From the human T2T-CHM13v2.0 reference genome, Homo sapiens: 64,000 nt of DNA. The position numbers were made by a program, and so were the translations under genes. The first letter of the stretch is position 1. Every line of letters starts with the position of its first letter. The stretch is from NCBI RefSeq assembly GCF_009914755.1, contig NC_060938.1; one strand, 5' to 3'. Positions 28,410 through 42,265 of this stretch are shown here, one piece after another. The notes beneath the pieces were generated by a model. The model did no database searches. It saw nothing but the letters and a program-made list of their open reading frames with translations, and had not been told where the DNA came from.

Positions 28410-31327
28410 TTTTATTAGTTTTACTAATTTTTATTATTTATTATACTTTAAATTCTGGGATACATATGCAGAAGATGCAGGTTTGTTATATAGGAATACA
28501 AGTGCCGTGGTGATAAGCTGTATCTATCAACCCTTCATTGACATTAGGTATTTCTCCTAATGCTATCCCTCGCCTTGTCCCCCACCCCCTGACAGACCCC
28601 AGCATGTGATGTTCCCCTCCCTGTGTCCATGTGTTCTCATTGTTCAATTCCCACTTATGAGTGAGAACATGTGGTGTTTGGATTTCTGTTCCTGTGTTAG
28701 TTTGCTGAGAATGATGGTTTCCAGCTTCATCCATGTCTCTGAAAAGGACATGAATTCATTCTTTTTTATGGCTGCATAGTATTCCATGGTGTATATGTGC
28801 CATATTTGCTTTAACCAGTCTATCATTGATGGGCATTTGGGTTGGTTCCAAGTCTTTGCTATTGTGAATAGTGCTGCAATAAACATATGTGTGCATGTGT
28901 CTTTATAGTAGAATGATTTATAATCCTTTGGTTATATACCCAGCAATGGGATCACTGGGTCAAATGGTATTTCTGGTTCTAGATCCTTGAGGAATTGCCA
29001 CACTGTCTTCCACAATGGTTGAACTAATTTACACTCCCACCAACAGTGTAATAGCGTTACTATTTCTCCACAACCTCTCCAGCATCCATTGTTTCCTGAC
29101 TTTTTAAAGATCACCATTCTAACTGGCATGAGATGGTATCTCATTGTGGTTTTGATTTGCATTTCTCTAATAACCAGTGATGATGAGCTTTTTAAAATAA
29201 GTTTGTTGACCTCATTAATGTCTTCTTTTGAGAAGTGTCTGTTCACATCCTTTGCCCACTTTTTGATTTTTTTTCTTGTAAATTTGTTTAAGTTCTTTGT
29301 AGATTCTGGATATTACCCCTTTGTCAGATGGATAGATTGCAAAAATTTTCTCCTATTCTACACATTGCCTGTTCACTTCGGTGATAGTTTCTTTTGTTGT
29401 GCAGAAGCTCTTTATAGACCGCTAGCCAGACTAATAAAGAAGAAAAGAGAGAAGAATCAAATAACACAATAAAAAATGATAAAGGGGACATCACCATTGA
29501 TCCCACAGAAATACAAACTGCCATCAGAGAATACTATAAACACCTCTATGTAAATAAACTAGAAAATCTAGAGGAAATGGATAAATTCCTGGACACATAC
29601 ACCCTTCCAAGATTAAACCAGGAAGAAGTCAAATCCCTGAATAGACCAATAACAGGTTCTGAAATTAAGGCAGTAATTAAAGCCTACCAATCCAAAAAAG
29701 CCCAGGACCAGACAGATTCACAGCCAAATTCTACCAGAGGTACAAAGAGGAGCTGGTACCATTCCTTCTGAAACTATTCCAAACAATAGAAAAAAAAAGG
29801 AATCCTCTCTAACTCATTTTATGAGGCCAGCATCATCCTGATACCAAAACCTGGCAGAAACACAACAAAGAAAGAAAATTTCAGGCCAGTATCCCTGATG
29901 AATATTGATGCCAAAATCCTCAATAAAATACTGGGAAACTGAATCCAGCAGCACATTAAAAAGCCTATCCACCACGATCAAGTTGGCTTTATCCCTGGCA
30001 TGCAAGGCTGGTTCAATATATGCAAATCAATAAATGTGATACATTACATAAACAGAACCAATGGCAAAAAACACATGATTATCTCAATAGATGCTGAAAA
30101 GGTTTTTGATAAAATTTAACACCCCTTTATGCTACATACACTCAATAAACTAGGTACTGATGAAACGTATCTTAAAATAGTAAGAGCTATTTATGACAAA
30201 CTCACAGCCAATATCATAATGAATGGGCAAAAGCTGGAAGCATTTCCTTTGAAAACCGGCACAAGACAAGGATGCCGTCTCTCTCCACTCCTATTCAACA
30301 TAGTATTGGAAGTTCGGAGCAGGGCAGTCGGGCAAGAGAAAGAAATAAAGGGTATTCAAATAGGAGAGAGGAAATCAAATTATCTCTGTTTGTGGATGAC
30401 ATGATTGTATATTTAGAAAACCCCATCATCTCAGCCCAAAAACTCCTTAAGCTGATGAGCAACTTCAGCAAAGTCTCAGGATACAAAATCAATGTGCAAA
30501 AATCACAAGCATTCCTATGCACCAATAATAGACAAACAGCCAAATCATGAGTGAACTCCCATTCACAATTGCTACAAAGAGAATAAAGTACCTAGGAATC
30601 CAACTTACAAGGGATGTGAAGGACTTCTTCAAGGAGAACTACAAACCACTGCTCAGTAAAATAAGAGAGGGCACAAACAAATGAAAAAAAAAATCCATGC
30701 TCATGGATAGGAAGAATCAATATCATGTAAATGGTCATACCACCCAAAGTAATTTATAGATTCAATGCTATTCCCATCAAGCTACCATTGATATTCTTCA
30801 CGGAATTAGAAAAAACTTTAAATTTCATGTGGAACCAAAAAAGAGCCTGTATAGCCAAGACAATCTTAAATAAAAAGAACAAAGCTGGAGGCATCACATT
30901 ACCTGACTTCAAACTATACTACAAGGCTACAGTAACCAAAACAGCATGGTACTGGTAGCAAAACAGATATATGGACCAATGGAACAAAACAGAAGCCTCG
31001 GAAATGACACCACACATCTACAACCGTCTGACCTTTGACAAACCTGACAAAAGTGAGCAATGGAGAAATGATTCCCTATATAATAAATGGTATTAGGAAA
31101 ACTGGCTAGCCGTATGCAGAAAACTGAAACTGGATTCCTTCCTCACACCTTATGCAAAAATTAACTCAAGATGGATTAAAGACTTAAATGTAAGACCTAA
31201 AACCATAACAACCCTGGAAGAAAACCTAGGCAATACCATTCAGGACATAGGCATGGGCAAAGACTTCATGACTAAAACACCAAAACTAATTGCAACAAAA
31301 GCCAAAATTGACAAATGGGATCTAACC
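28410..31327 (-). mobile_element. L1PA7-like, 5'-truncated with twin-priming inversion (minus arm 28410-29413, plus arm 29414-31325)
   Basis: ORF2p fragments on both strands in the ORF track; junction gcagaagctcttt|atagaccgctagcc; TSD cctttattttta. Confidence 0.95.
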
Positions 31328-31925
31328 CCTTTATTTTTAAATGACAGGATTCTGGGTATAGAATTCTTTGTCAGAAGTTGTTTTCTTTTTTCTTTCATCT
31401 TTTGGAATATATCATTCAATTCTCTTCTGGCCTGCAAGCTTTCTGCTGAAAAATCCAGTGACAGTCTTTTCAAGATCCCGTTTTATACATTAAGTAGCTT
31501 TCGTCTGATAGCTTTCAGAGTCCAGATTGCTCATCATTACATTATGGAATCTCTGATAGCTTTCAATATTCTCCCTTTAACTTTTAGCAATTTATTTATA
31601 ATGTGTCTTAATGTAGGTTGTTTTATATTCAAACTGTTATATGTTCACTGAGCTTTATAAATCTGTGTTTCTAACTTCTTACCCAGGCAAGGGAAATTTT
31701 CTGAACTACTATTTACAACAAATGAATCTAACAGGTATTATAGAACAGTTCATCTAACAGCAGTGAAATACATATTCTTCTCAAGTATGCACGGAACATT
31801 CTCTTCTATAGATCACATGTTAGTCTACAAGTCAATTCTTAACAAATTTAAGAAGAATGAATTTATATTGAATATCATCTGTTGTGACTAAAATGGCAGG
31901 AAACTAGAAACCAATAATAGGAGCA

Positions 31926-32205
31926 GGCTGGACACAGTAGCTCATTCCATAATCCCAGCACTTTGGGAGGCCAAAGTGGGTGGATTGCTTGAACTCAGGA
32001 GTCTGAGGCAAGCCTGGGCAACATGGCCAAAGCCCATCTCCACAAAAATACAAAAATAAGCCAGGCATGGTGGCATGTGCCTGTAGTCTTAGCTATTTGG
32101 GAGGGTGGCGTGGGAAGATTGTTTGAGCTTGGCTCATCAATGGTTCAGTGAGCTGTCATCACACCACTGCACTCCAGCCTGAGTGGCAGAGCCAGACATT
32201 GTGTC

Positions 32206-32206
<1 letters not shown>
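31926..32206 (+). mobile_element. AluJ
   Basis: ggattgcttgaactcaggag; tail replaced by (ATC)n. Confidence 0.95.

Positions 32207-32248
<42 letters not shown>
32207..32248. repeat. (ATC)14 microsatellite
   Basis: Perfect trinucleotide run. Confidence 0.98.
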
Positions 32249-35133
32249 TTGAAGAACTCACAAATATGTGGAAATTAAATATCCTTCTTAATGACACATA
32301 GGACAAAGGATAAATTAAAAGAAAAAAAAATCTTGAGACAAGGAAAAATGGAAACACAATATACCAAAACTTATGGGATACAGCAAAAACAATCCTTAGA
32401 GGGAATTTTATAACAATAAACACCTACATCAAAGAAGAAGAAAGATTTCAAACAACCTAATGTTATACCTCTAGCAACTAGAAAAAAAAAAACAAACTAA
32501 GCACAAACGTAGTGGAAGGAAGTAAATAACAAAGATCGGAGCAGAAATAAGCAAAATAGAGACTAGAAAAACAGTAGAAAATATAAATGAAAGTAAAATT
32601 GGGGTTTTTTCAAAAGATAAAATTGACAAACCATTAGCTAGACTAACAAGGACAAAGAGAAAGAAGACTCAAATAAAATCCAAATGGAAGGAATCATAAC
32701 TGATACCACAGAAATGCAAGGGACCTAAAGACTATCATGGACAACTATATAATAAAAAATGAATAACACAGAAAAAATAAAATTCCTAGAAACATGTAAT
32801 GTACCATGACAAATAAAAAAGAAATAGAAAAATCTGAACAGACTTGTAATAAGTAAGGAGATTGAATCAGCAATAAAAAACTTTCAAAAATAAAAATAAA
32901 GCCCAGGGCACGATAGCCTCACTGCCAATTCTACCAAACATTTAAATAACTAATATCAGTCCTTCTCAAGATTATCCAGAAAACTGAAATGGAGGGAATA
33001 CTTCAAAATTTATTTTACAAGGCAAACTTTACCCTAATATTAAAACCATACAAGGACACTACAAGAAAAGAAAACAACAGGCCAAAATCCCTGATAAATA
33101 TGGAGCAAAAATCCTCAAGAAAACTAGCAAACCAAATTCAGAAGCACATAAAATATTTATTAACTTTGATAAAATGAGATTTATTCCACAAGAGAAAGGA
33201 TGGCTCAATGCACATAAATCAATAAATGAGTTACACTATATTAACAAAATGAAGAAGAAAATCATATGATACAGAAAAAAACAATTTCTCAATAGATACA
33301 GAAAAAACATTTGACTACATTTAACATCTGATCATGATAAAAGCTCTCAACAAATAGGTATTGAAATAATGTACCTGAACATAATAAAATACATATATTA
33401 CAAGCCCACAGTTAATATCATATTAAACAGTGAAAAGTTGAAAGCTTTTCTTCTAAGATTAGGAAATAGAAAAGGATGCTCACTGTCATCACTTCTATTC
33501 ATTATAGTATTGGAAGTCCTAGCTAGAACAACTAGATTAGAAAAAAGAAATAAAAGGCCTCCATAAAGGAAAAAAAGAAGTGAAATTGTCAGTGCAAATT
33601 GAAATTGGCATCAGGTTTGCCAATGAGGTGATTTTTATTGTAGAAAACCCTAAAGGCTTTATCAAAGACCTATTAGAACTGATTAGTACATTTAATAAAG
33701 TTGTAGTTTATGAAAACAAAATTTAAAAAAGAGTACTATTTCTATAAACTAACAACAAACTATCCAAAAAGAAATCAAGAAAATAATTCCATTTACAATA
33801 GCATCCAAAAATAAAATTAAATATTTAGGAATACATTTAACTGAAGAGGTGAATGATTGACTATGATGAAAACTATAATAGGTGAAAGAAGTTGAAAAAC
33901 ACACAATATAAAGATAACTCATGTTCATAGGTTGAAAAATTTACTATTTTAAAAACATACATAGTACTCAAAGCAACCTGCAGATTCAATGCAATCTCTA
34001 TCAGAATTCCAATTTGTTTTTCACAGAAATAGAATAAAAGTCTAATAGAAAAAAATCCTTGAATAGCTGAAGCAATTGAGCAAAAAGAATGAAGTAGGAG
34101 GTATCAAATTTCCTGATTTCAAAATAGATTATAAAGCAATTGTAGTCAAAACAGCATGATACTGGCATGAAAGAAGATATATTGATGAATGGAAAAGAAT
34201 AGAAAGCACAGAAGCAAACCTGACTATTTAAGGTCAATTGATTTTCCACAAAGATAAACACAATGAAGAAAAGACAATCACTTCAATAAATGGTGTTGAC
34301 AAAACTTTATATCCACATTCAGAAGCATGAAATTGGATCTTTCTGACACACCATATATGAGAATTAATTCAAAACGGACAAAAGACCAATATGAAAGACT
34401 GAATCAATAAATCTACTAGAAGAAAATGTAGGGTAAAAGCTTCATAATTTTGGTCTGGGCAAGGATTTCTGGGATGGAACTTCAAAAGCACAGATAAGAA
34501 AAGCAAAAATAGACAGAGGATATTGCATCTAACTAAAAAGCTTTGATGCAGCAAAGACAACAATTTACATAGTGGAGAGATAGCCCACAAATTTAGGTAA
34601 AATATTTTTAAACCATACATATGGTAAGGGGCTAAAATAAAAAAAAAAAACCAAAAAACTAATTTAGTAATAGACAAAGAATCTGAACAGATATTTCTCC
34701 AAAGAAGACATGTGAATGACCAACAGATATATGAAAAAATCCTCAATGTCTCTAATCATCAGGGAAATGAAAATTGAAACCACAATGAGATATCACCTCA
34801 CACCCATTAAAATGGCTATTACAAAAATTGATAAGTGTTGGTGAGATAACAAGTGTTGGCAAGAAATGGACCCTTTGTACACTGTTGGGGCCAATGTAAA
34901 TTAATACAATCATTTTGCAAAATAGTATGGAGATTTTCTAAGAACTAAAAGTAGATTCCATATGACCCCAAAAATGTTACTTTTGGATATATAGCCAATG
35001 AATCTGAAATCAGCATGTGAACGAGATACCTGTACTTTCATGTTTATTTCAGAATTAGTCACAGTAGCCAAGATATAGAAGCAATAGAAGCAACCTGGTT
35101 TTATTAAAAGATTAATGAAGAAAATGTGGTGTG

Positions 35134-35136
<3 letters not shown>

Positions 35137-35172
<36 letters not shown>
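35137..35172. repeat. (AC)18 microsatellite
   Basis: Perfect run inside the L1MA. Confidence 0.98.
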
Positions 35173-35175
<3 letters not shown>

Positions 35176-35327
35176 AATAATATACAGCCATAAAAATAAG
35201 GAAATTTTTTTCATTCACAACATGGCTGGAACTGGAGGAATTTATACTAAGTGAATTCAGCCAGTCATAGAAAGACAAATAGTTTATGATCTAACTTATA
35301 TGTAATATCTAAAAAACTTGATATCAT

Positions 35328-36312
35328 CCTACCTACTGACTTAGGTCCCAACTTCAGCTGCACTTCTTTCATCTCTGCAGTTGTGACAGGAAGATACGTT
35401 GGAGCGACTATGTGACTGGGGCGGGAGCCAAACTGGGTTTGGGGCAACATCAGCAATTCCCGTGGATGGGGCTTATGGGGCCATGATGGGTCAAGAAGGA
35501 CATTCACCAACAAGAGCCAGAAGAGTCAAGAAGAGCCAGGTGTGTGTAGCGCACTACATAGGGGTGTTCCAAAATGGGAATAAATTTGATTTATCCGAAG
35601 ACAGAAACAAACCTTTCAAGTTCAAAACTGGTGAACAGGAAGTCATCAGTGGTTTTGAAGAGTACATAGCGCAGATGAGCTTGGGGCAGAAGGTGAAGCT
35701 GACCTGCATATGTGATGTGTCATATAGAGCTCCAGGCTACTCTAGTATCATCCCTCCCAGTGCTATCCTATCTTTGACATGGAATTGCTCAACTTAGAGT
35801 GAAGGCAGGAAGGAAATCAAGGTGGATGGAGATGGCTGCTGCTCACCCTCCTAGCCTGCTTTGCCACTGGGTTGGCTCCTCCTGTTTGGGGCTCTTGATC
35901 AGTGTGCTAACCTCACTGTCTCATAGCATGATCCATTCTTTCTGCCCAAGTTGCTGTGTATGTGTTCATTATTGTTCATGCATATCCTTGCTTGAGGAAA
36001 TTTTGATTGCATTGAAACATTTCATGTTGTGCATTTTTTTATAAGGCATGTAGTAGCCATTCCTGGTCACAGAAAATAGATTTCTTGCTTGCAAAATCTA
36101 CATCGCCCTACCTTCACTTAAGCCAGACATGCAAGGTGATCAGATATGAAATATACATGGTGTATGCTAGAGACTTGAGCCAGTTACCTTTGCTTTCACT
36201 TTCTATCTTATAAATTCTGTTGGCTGCTCACTTAAACAGTGTCTGCTTTGGAAATAATATGTAAAATAAAGACGCAGTGCTTGACCAAAAAATAAATCAA
36301 TAAAATAAAAAT
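35328..36312 (+). pseudogene. FKBP1BP1: FKBP1B (FKBP12.6) processed pseudogene
   Basis: Intronless FKBP12.6-like translation ([34 protein letters not shown], with the 1B-specific F59); 5' and 3' UTRs; AATAAA 36265-36270; A tail; degenerate TSD aaaaaacttgatatcat / aaaacagtttatctcat; N-terminal indels and a 1-bp deletion near 35769. Pseudogene symbol is from memory. Confidence 0.93.
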
Positions 36313-36907
36313 AAAACAGTTTATCTCATGGAATCAAAAGTTAAAAAGTGGTTACTAGAGATTGGGGAAGGATGAGGAAAATGAAAATGTTGACCAAAGG
36401 GGAAAAGTTCCAGTTTTATTGGAGGAATAAACTTCAGTGTTGTATTCCACTGCATGGGTAACTACAGTTAGTAGGAATATATCATGTATTTAAAAATTGT
36501 TAAAATAATAGATTTTTAATGTCCTCACCACAAAAAATATAAGTTGTTAAGGTGGTGGATATGTTAATTAGCTTAATTGGCTCTCTGTACAGTGTATACA
36601 TAGATCAAAACATCACATTTTACCTCATCAATAAGTACAATTATTATTTGTGAATTAAACATAAATTAATAAAATTTTAAAAGAAATATATTCGTTTGTA
36701 CTTTAGGAAAAAATGTATAAAGATATAATTTTGTGACAACAGCTAAAAGTGGTGTGGATGAAACTGTCAAAGGAGTAGAGATGTTGTACATTATTGAAGT
36801 TAAGCTGGAATAAAATCAGAGTCTTGTAATTGGAGGATGTTAAATTCAATCATTTGGTAACTACAAATAAAATACTAAAGAATATACACAAAAGAAAATG
36901 AGAAAGC

Positions 36908-37218
36908 TACTGGGTGCAGTACCTCATGCCTATAATCCTAGCACTTTGGGAGATCAAAGTGAGTGAATTGCTCAAGCCCAGAAGTTTGAGACCAACCAAG
37001 GCAACATGGCAAAAATCTCATCTCTAGAAAAAATACAAAATTTAACCAAGCATGGTGGTGGCATGCACCTGTAGTCTTAGCTATCAGGAGGCTGAGACAG
37101 GAGTATCACTTGAGCCCAGGCGGTTGAAGCTGCAGAGAGCTGGTATCGTGCCACTTCACTCCCAGCCCGGGTGACCGAATGAGGCCCTGTCTCAAATAAA
37201 TGAAAAAATAAATAAATA
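36908..37218 (+). mobile_element. AluJ
   Basis: Dimeric, ttgctcaagcccagaagtttgagacc; A-rich tail. Confidence 0.93.
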
Positions 37219-39355
37219 GGAAGAGAGAAATAAATTTAACCATTTCAATACAAAAAAATTTAAGTAAACACAAAAGAGGACAGTAGTGTAGGAAATGAGG
37301 AGCATTATTCTATAATATATATGGAAAACAAATAGCAACATGACAAAAGTAAGTCCCACATTATCAGTAATCACTTTAAGTGTAAACAGATTAACCACTC
37401 CAATTCAGAGACACAGATTGGTAAAATGCATTAAGAAACACACACACGGACACCATAATTCACATAATATGCTGTTCACAAGAGACTCAGTTTGGATCCA
37501 GAACACCAATAGGTTGAAAATGAAAATATGTAAAAATATATTTCATGCAAATATTAACAAGAATAAAGCTGGGGTAGCTATAGTAATAGCAGATGAAATA
37601 AACTTTAAATTTATAAAGCTTACAAGAGACAAAGGCATTATTTATTAATAAAAGTTGAGCAAGAGTAATAGAGAAAGAAGACAAAGCAGTTTAAACATTT
37701 ACACGTAGTAATTGACTGTAAAAATATAAAGTAAAAACTGATGGAATTGAAGGGGAAAATATCTCTACACAATAGTTGGATACTTCAATACTTCACTCTC
37801 AATAGAACAACTATAAACAGAAGATAAGAAGATAGAAGATTTAATGAACAAAATAAGACAACCGGACCTAACAGATACACAGAACACTCTACCCAACAAC
37901 AGAATACACATTTTTCTCAAGTTCACCCAAGACATTTTTCAGGATAGAACATATATTAAGCCACAGATTAAGTATCTATACATTTTAAAAGATTGATATC
38001 ACATAAAATATTTACTCTGGTGACAATGGCAGAATAAAGTTAGAAATAACAAAAGAAAAGCTGAAAATACCGCAAATTTGTCAAAATTAAATAACATATA
38101 TTTGTGGAAATTAAATAACACAAATGGGTCAAAAATCACAAGGGAAATTAGAAAATACTTAGCAATGAATGAAAACAAAATCATAATATATCAAAACTTA
38201 CGGTACTCAGTGAAAGCAATGCTAACTGGAAAACTTTTAGCTATACATGCTTACATTTAAAACTAAGAAAGCTCTTCATTGAACAACCCAACTTTACAAT
38301 TTCTGGAACTAGAAAAAGAGTACCAAACTAAACCCCAAACATAGCAGAGGGAAATAAATAGTAAAGATTGGAGCAGAGATCATTGAAATAAATAATAGTA
38401 AAATAAGAGAGAACATTCAAATTAAAAATTGGTTCTTTGAAATGCTTAATAAAAATTTATGAATATTGGACTAAGAAAAAAAGAGAAGATTCAAAATAAG
38501 TTTGTTATAAGAAATGAAAGTGGAGATGTTACTAATTCTACAGAAATAAAAAGGATTACGAAATTATCCTGAACAATTGTATATCTACAAACTGAATAAC
38601 CCTACATGAAATGACAAATTCTTAAAAATACAAAACTTACCAAAATTAACCCAGAAGAAATCGAATATCTGAATAGCACTGTAACTAGTAAGGAAATTGA
38701 ACCACTAATTAAAACTTTCCCCAAAAAGAAAAGCCCTGGATCTGATGGCTTCACTAATGAATTCTACTAAACATTTATAGAACTAACACTAATCTTTCTC
38801 AAATGGAAAATGAAGGAACACTCCCTAACTCATTCTATGAGGCCACCATTACCCTGGTAGCAAAGTCAAAGGAAGATAATACAGGAAACAAATATTGCAG
38901 GCAGTTACGCCTTATGATCATTGATGTATAAATTCTCAACAAAATACTAGCCAACTGAATTCAGCAGCATATTAAAAGGATTATATACCGACTGACTGTG
39001 TGTGACTTATTCCTAGAATGGAATGATGGCTCTACATATTAAAATCATTCACTGTAAAGTACCACATAAACAGAATGAAGGAAAAAATACACGATTATCT
39101 CAATTAATGCCAAGAAAAGATTTGACAAAATTCACTATCTTTTCCTGATACAAAACACTCAAAGAATAGAAGGAAACTACCTCAATATTATAAAAGTCAT
39201 GTATGACAAAAAATACAGAAATATCATACTCAGTGGGGCAAGACTAAAATATTTACTCCTAAAATTGTGAACATGGCAAGAATCCACTTTGCCGCTTTTA
39301 CTCAATGGAGTGGTAGGTCTTTGCCAGAGCAGTTAGGCAATAAAAACAAATAAAG

Positions 39356-39506
39356 GGGTGAGATGATATCTCATTGTAGATTTTATTTTTATTTCTGATT
39401 ATCACTGATGTTGAACACCTTTTCCTATACCTCTTTGCCAGTTATATTTCCTCTTTTGAGCAATATCTATTCACCTACTGTGTACTCACAAAAATTTTTT
39501 AAAAAA
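39356..39506. mobile_element. Tiny L1MA-type insertion: inverted ORF2-end piece plus extreme 3' end
   Basis: ggggtgagatgatatctcattgt...tatctattca (antisense) joined to cctactgtgtactcacaaaaatt (sense 3' terminus). Confidence 0.65.
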
Positions 39507-41684
39507 GCAAAAATACATTAGGCACTCCAAATGTGTAAAAGAAAGAAGAAAGGAAGGAAGGAAAAGGCATTAGAATTGAAAAGAAAGAAATAAAATTATC
39601 TCTGATCTCAGATGATATGATCTTTTAAGTAGAAAATGCTAAAGAAAATACACACCTGAAAGCCTGCTAGAACTAATGAACACATTCAGCAAAATAAGCG
39701 AATACAATGTTAACACACAAAGAGCATTTGCAGTCTATACACTAATAATGAACAGTATGAAAAGAAAATTGAGAAAATGATTCCATTTACAATACCATCA
39801 GAAAGAATAAAAGAGTTAGGAATAAACGTAACAAAGGAGGCAAAAGCCTTACAGAATGAAAACTACAAAACATTTCTGAAATAAATGAAAGAAGACATAG
39901 ATTAGAAAGAATCCCTATGTTCACCATGGGAAGAGTTAATATTAAAACATCAGTATTACCCAAAAGGATCTACAAATTTCCAATCACTATATTCTGATTA
40001 CTTTGTTGAAGAAATTTTTAAAAATTCTAAAACACATACCGAATTTCAAGGAATCCTGAATAACCAACACAATATATATTTTTTAAAGCTATGGGGCTTA
40101 TACTTCCTGATTGCAAAACTTACTACAAAGTTACAGTAATCAAAGGATTTTGGTACTGGCATAAAAACAAACATATATACCTATGAAATGGAATACGGCA
40201 TTTAGAAACAAACCCTTGCATGTGTGGACAAATTATTTTTGACAAGGTTGCCAACACCATTCAGGTGGGGAAAGGACAGTCTTTTTAACAAGTGATGCTG
40301 GAAAAACATGCAAAATAATTAAGTTGGACCTTTACATAACACCATATACAAAAATTAAACTGGATTAAAGACCTAAATATAACACTGACAACTATAACCT
40401 CTTAAAACAGCACACAAGGCAAATGCTTTAAAATATTGGATTTAGTAATGGTTTATTGAATATGACAGCAGAGGCATAGCCAACAAAGAGAAAAATAGAC
40501 AAATTGGAATCATGAACATTTTTTAAAGTGCATAGAAGATACTATCAATAGAGTAAGAAGGCAACCCACAGAATGGGAGAAAGTATTTGGAAATTATATA
40601 TATGACAAGTTATTAATATCCTGAATATATAGAGAACTCCTAAAACTCAACAAGAAATAAGCCAATTCAAAAATAGATGAAGGCCTTCAACAGGCATGAT
40701 CCAGAAAAGATATACAGATGGAAAACAACATATAATAAAATGCCTAGCATCAACAGTTTTAGGAAAATGCAAATCAAAACCGCCATGTAATACTACTTCG
40801 TAATCATTAGGATGAAGACTCTCCAAAGAATATAAACACAGAAAATAAGAAGACTTGGAGAAGATGTGAAGCGATTTAAACCTTTCTACGCTCTTGATGT
40901 GTTGGTGGGAATGTAAAGTGAAAGTGGTTCATTTGCCTGGGAAAATAAGATAGTTCCTCAAAATATTAAAATAGAACTACTGTGATTCAGTAATTCCACT
41001 TTGGGGTATAGAAGTGGAAAGAATAGAAAGCAAGATATCAAAAAATGTATTTGTATATCCATGTTTAAAATTATATTAGTCACAAAGCTAAAAGTTGGAA
41101 ACAATTCACCTGTCCATTAGCAGACAAATGGCTAAGGTAATGGTATATATATGCAATGGAATATTAGCCTCATAAAGGAAAAAACAACTTATATATGATA
41201 GAGCATGGATAAATGTTGAGGAGATTATGCTAAATAAAATATGCCAATTACAAAAGAATATTATAGGACTCCACTTATAGAGGGAACTTAGAGTAGTCCC
41301 AAACATAGCAACTGACAGTGGAATGGTGATTGCAAGGGGCTTCAGGTAGGGGATAATGGAGAGTTATTTTTTAATAGTTTTGCAAGATGAAAAGAGTTCT
41401 GGAGAAGAGTGGTAATGATGGTTGTGCAACAGTATAAATGTACACAATACTACTAAATTGTGCACTAAAAACTATTAAATAGTAAATGTGTTGTGCATTT
41501 TTACCCCAATATTAAAAACTCAGAAAAAAATGTATGGTTCAGTATGAATACAGCTTAGTGTGAGGAATGGTGAAAGCCAGATGCGTATGGGCTTTTAATG
41601 GTACACTAGAATTTCATATGTGACACATAATTTCATTTGCATTTAAAGGTAATCATTACAGTGTTGGCAAAATAAAAATATGGA

Positions 41685-42070
41685 TGACCTACTCTATTTT
41701 CTGCTGCTATAACAGAATACCACAGACAGGATATTTTATATATATATATATAAATTTATTTATCTTGTAGTTCTGGAGGCAATGGATTCTATAGCATGGC
41801 ACCAGCATCTGGCAAGGGTCACTCCATGATAGAAGGGCTGAAGGTGGAAGTGAGGACACCAGACAGAGAATAATTGGCAAACTCATATGTTTTATAATGA
41901 ACTCACTGTTATGATAACTTGGCCACTCCCAAAATAATGTAATTTAACCATTTACGAGGACAGAGCCTTCATTACCTAATCACCTCTTAAAGGCCTCACC
42001 TCTTAATACTGTTGCAATGACAATTAAATTTCCAATACATGACGTTGAGAGACGTATGCAAACAGTAACA
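41685..42070 (-). mobile_element. MSTD-like solo LTR
   Basis: ttttctgctgctataacagaataccacagac...cctaatcacctcttaaaggcctcacctcttaatactgtt. Confidence 0.88.
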
Positions 42071-42265
42071 ATCCAGAATATGTTGTATTGTCTTATAAAA
42101 CTGTATTGTCTTATAAGACTGAATCCATTTATAAAGCTATTGTATTAATGCATGCCAGAGGTAGTGAAATACTGACTTATAATAAAGCAAGAACTGAGTG
42201 CAAATAGAACCAAAGGATGTCATAGACATTGAATTAACAAACATTCATTGATTTAATGATAGATT

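Larger units (their letters stand above)
36681..41520 (+). mobile_element. L1MB-like element, 3' part (ORF2 and 3' UTR)
   Basis: EN N-terminus in ORF 37340-37648 (LSVITLSVNRL...KAGVAIVIAD); L1MB3/4-like 3' end gcaagatgaaaagagttctggag...ttttaccccaat. Confidence 0.88.
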
